A stretch of DNA of 36,833 bases. Source: a virus (lineage: Duplodnaviria > Heunggongvirae > Uroviricota > Caudoviricetes). Numbering within the stretch: the first letter of the stretch is position 1; each line of letters starts with the position of its first letter. Positions 36,516 to 36,833 of the stretch are shown piece after piece. Below the pieces are notes generated by a model. The model ran no database searches. It saw only the letters and a list, made by a program, of their open reading frames with translations, and had not been told where the DNA came from. Location of the stretch: positions 1-36,833 of IMG/VR virus record IMGVR_UViG_2571042372_000004; one strand, 5' to 3'. The translations under genes and the position numbers were made by a program.

Positions 36516-36833
36516 TCACTCTCCACATTTGAATGTCAGACGAGCGACGCCATGTAATCCTGCACCTTCTGTCTTCAGGTCAACTATCTGCATTTTTTTG
36601 CCCTGAGTAACACAGAAATGAACTGCATCATTTTTTACTATATTTTCTGCACCAGATATTCTACCCCTGGCTAAAGAAGCTTCGGCTTCGGTGTAGTATT
36701 GGTTATCGAGTTTACGCTGAATATTACTTTTATATGCAAGACCAAATTTACCGATACTTGTCTCATCATTATGTACAGCACACCCAGACATAAGAAAAAC
36801 ACTAATTAATGATATAGCAGCTATCTTTTTCAT
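36516..36833 (-). CDS. yegR: lipoprotein YegR
   Basis: 105-aa ORF MKKIAAISLISVFLMSGCAVHN... with lipoprotein signal (LMSGC lipobox). Start codon is at the window edge. Host flank. Confidence 0.85.
   Translation of the reverse strand: MKKIAAISLISVFLMSGCAVHNDETSIGKFGLAYKSNIQRKLDNQYYTEAEASLARGRISGAENIVKNDAVHFCVTQGKKMQIVDLKTEGAGLHGVARLTFKCGE

Noticed and set aside
1-36833. CRISPR arrays, rRNA or tRNA genes, IS elements
   Set aside because: No regularly spaced short repeats, no rRNA-like or tRNA-like sequences, and no transposase-like ORFs or terminal inverted repeats were seen by eye.

Overview
This window is an Enterobacteriaceae (E. coli-like) chromosomal segment carrying an apparently complete ~33 kb P2-like prophage (about 3209..36188) inserted at the 3' end of the sRNA gene cyaR, between host genes yegQ (1703..3064) and yegR (36516..36833). 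The prophage is bounded by a 28-bp direct repeat (3209..3236 and 36161..36188) that matches the P2 attachment core as I recall it, and the integrase sits next to the right repeat. Gene order follows P2: ogr, D-U-T-E/E'-FII-FI tail genes, G-H tail fibre, I-J-W-V baseplate, S-R, lysis cassette (lysC/lysB/lysA/K/Y), X-L-M-N-O head genes, P-Q terminase/portal, cos, A, four small early ORFs, B, cox, C and int. Against this GC-rich backbone there are three AT-rich cargo loci at the positions where P2 carries its own accessory genes: (i) a three-gene island between FI and G (the Z/fun position, 10199..11890); (ii) a single HNH-nuclease-domain gene between S and V (17318..18073); (iii) a 739-aa ABC/Rad50-like ATPase between cos and A (the tin/old position, 27768..29987). 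These are the best candidates for anti-phage or superinfection-exclusion functions, and the Z/fun island is the one I cannot assign to any described system. A further AT-rich 404-aa gene (1..1215) lies upstream of yegQ outside the prophage. All calls rest on reading the sequence and on remembered family features; no database search was run.
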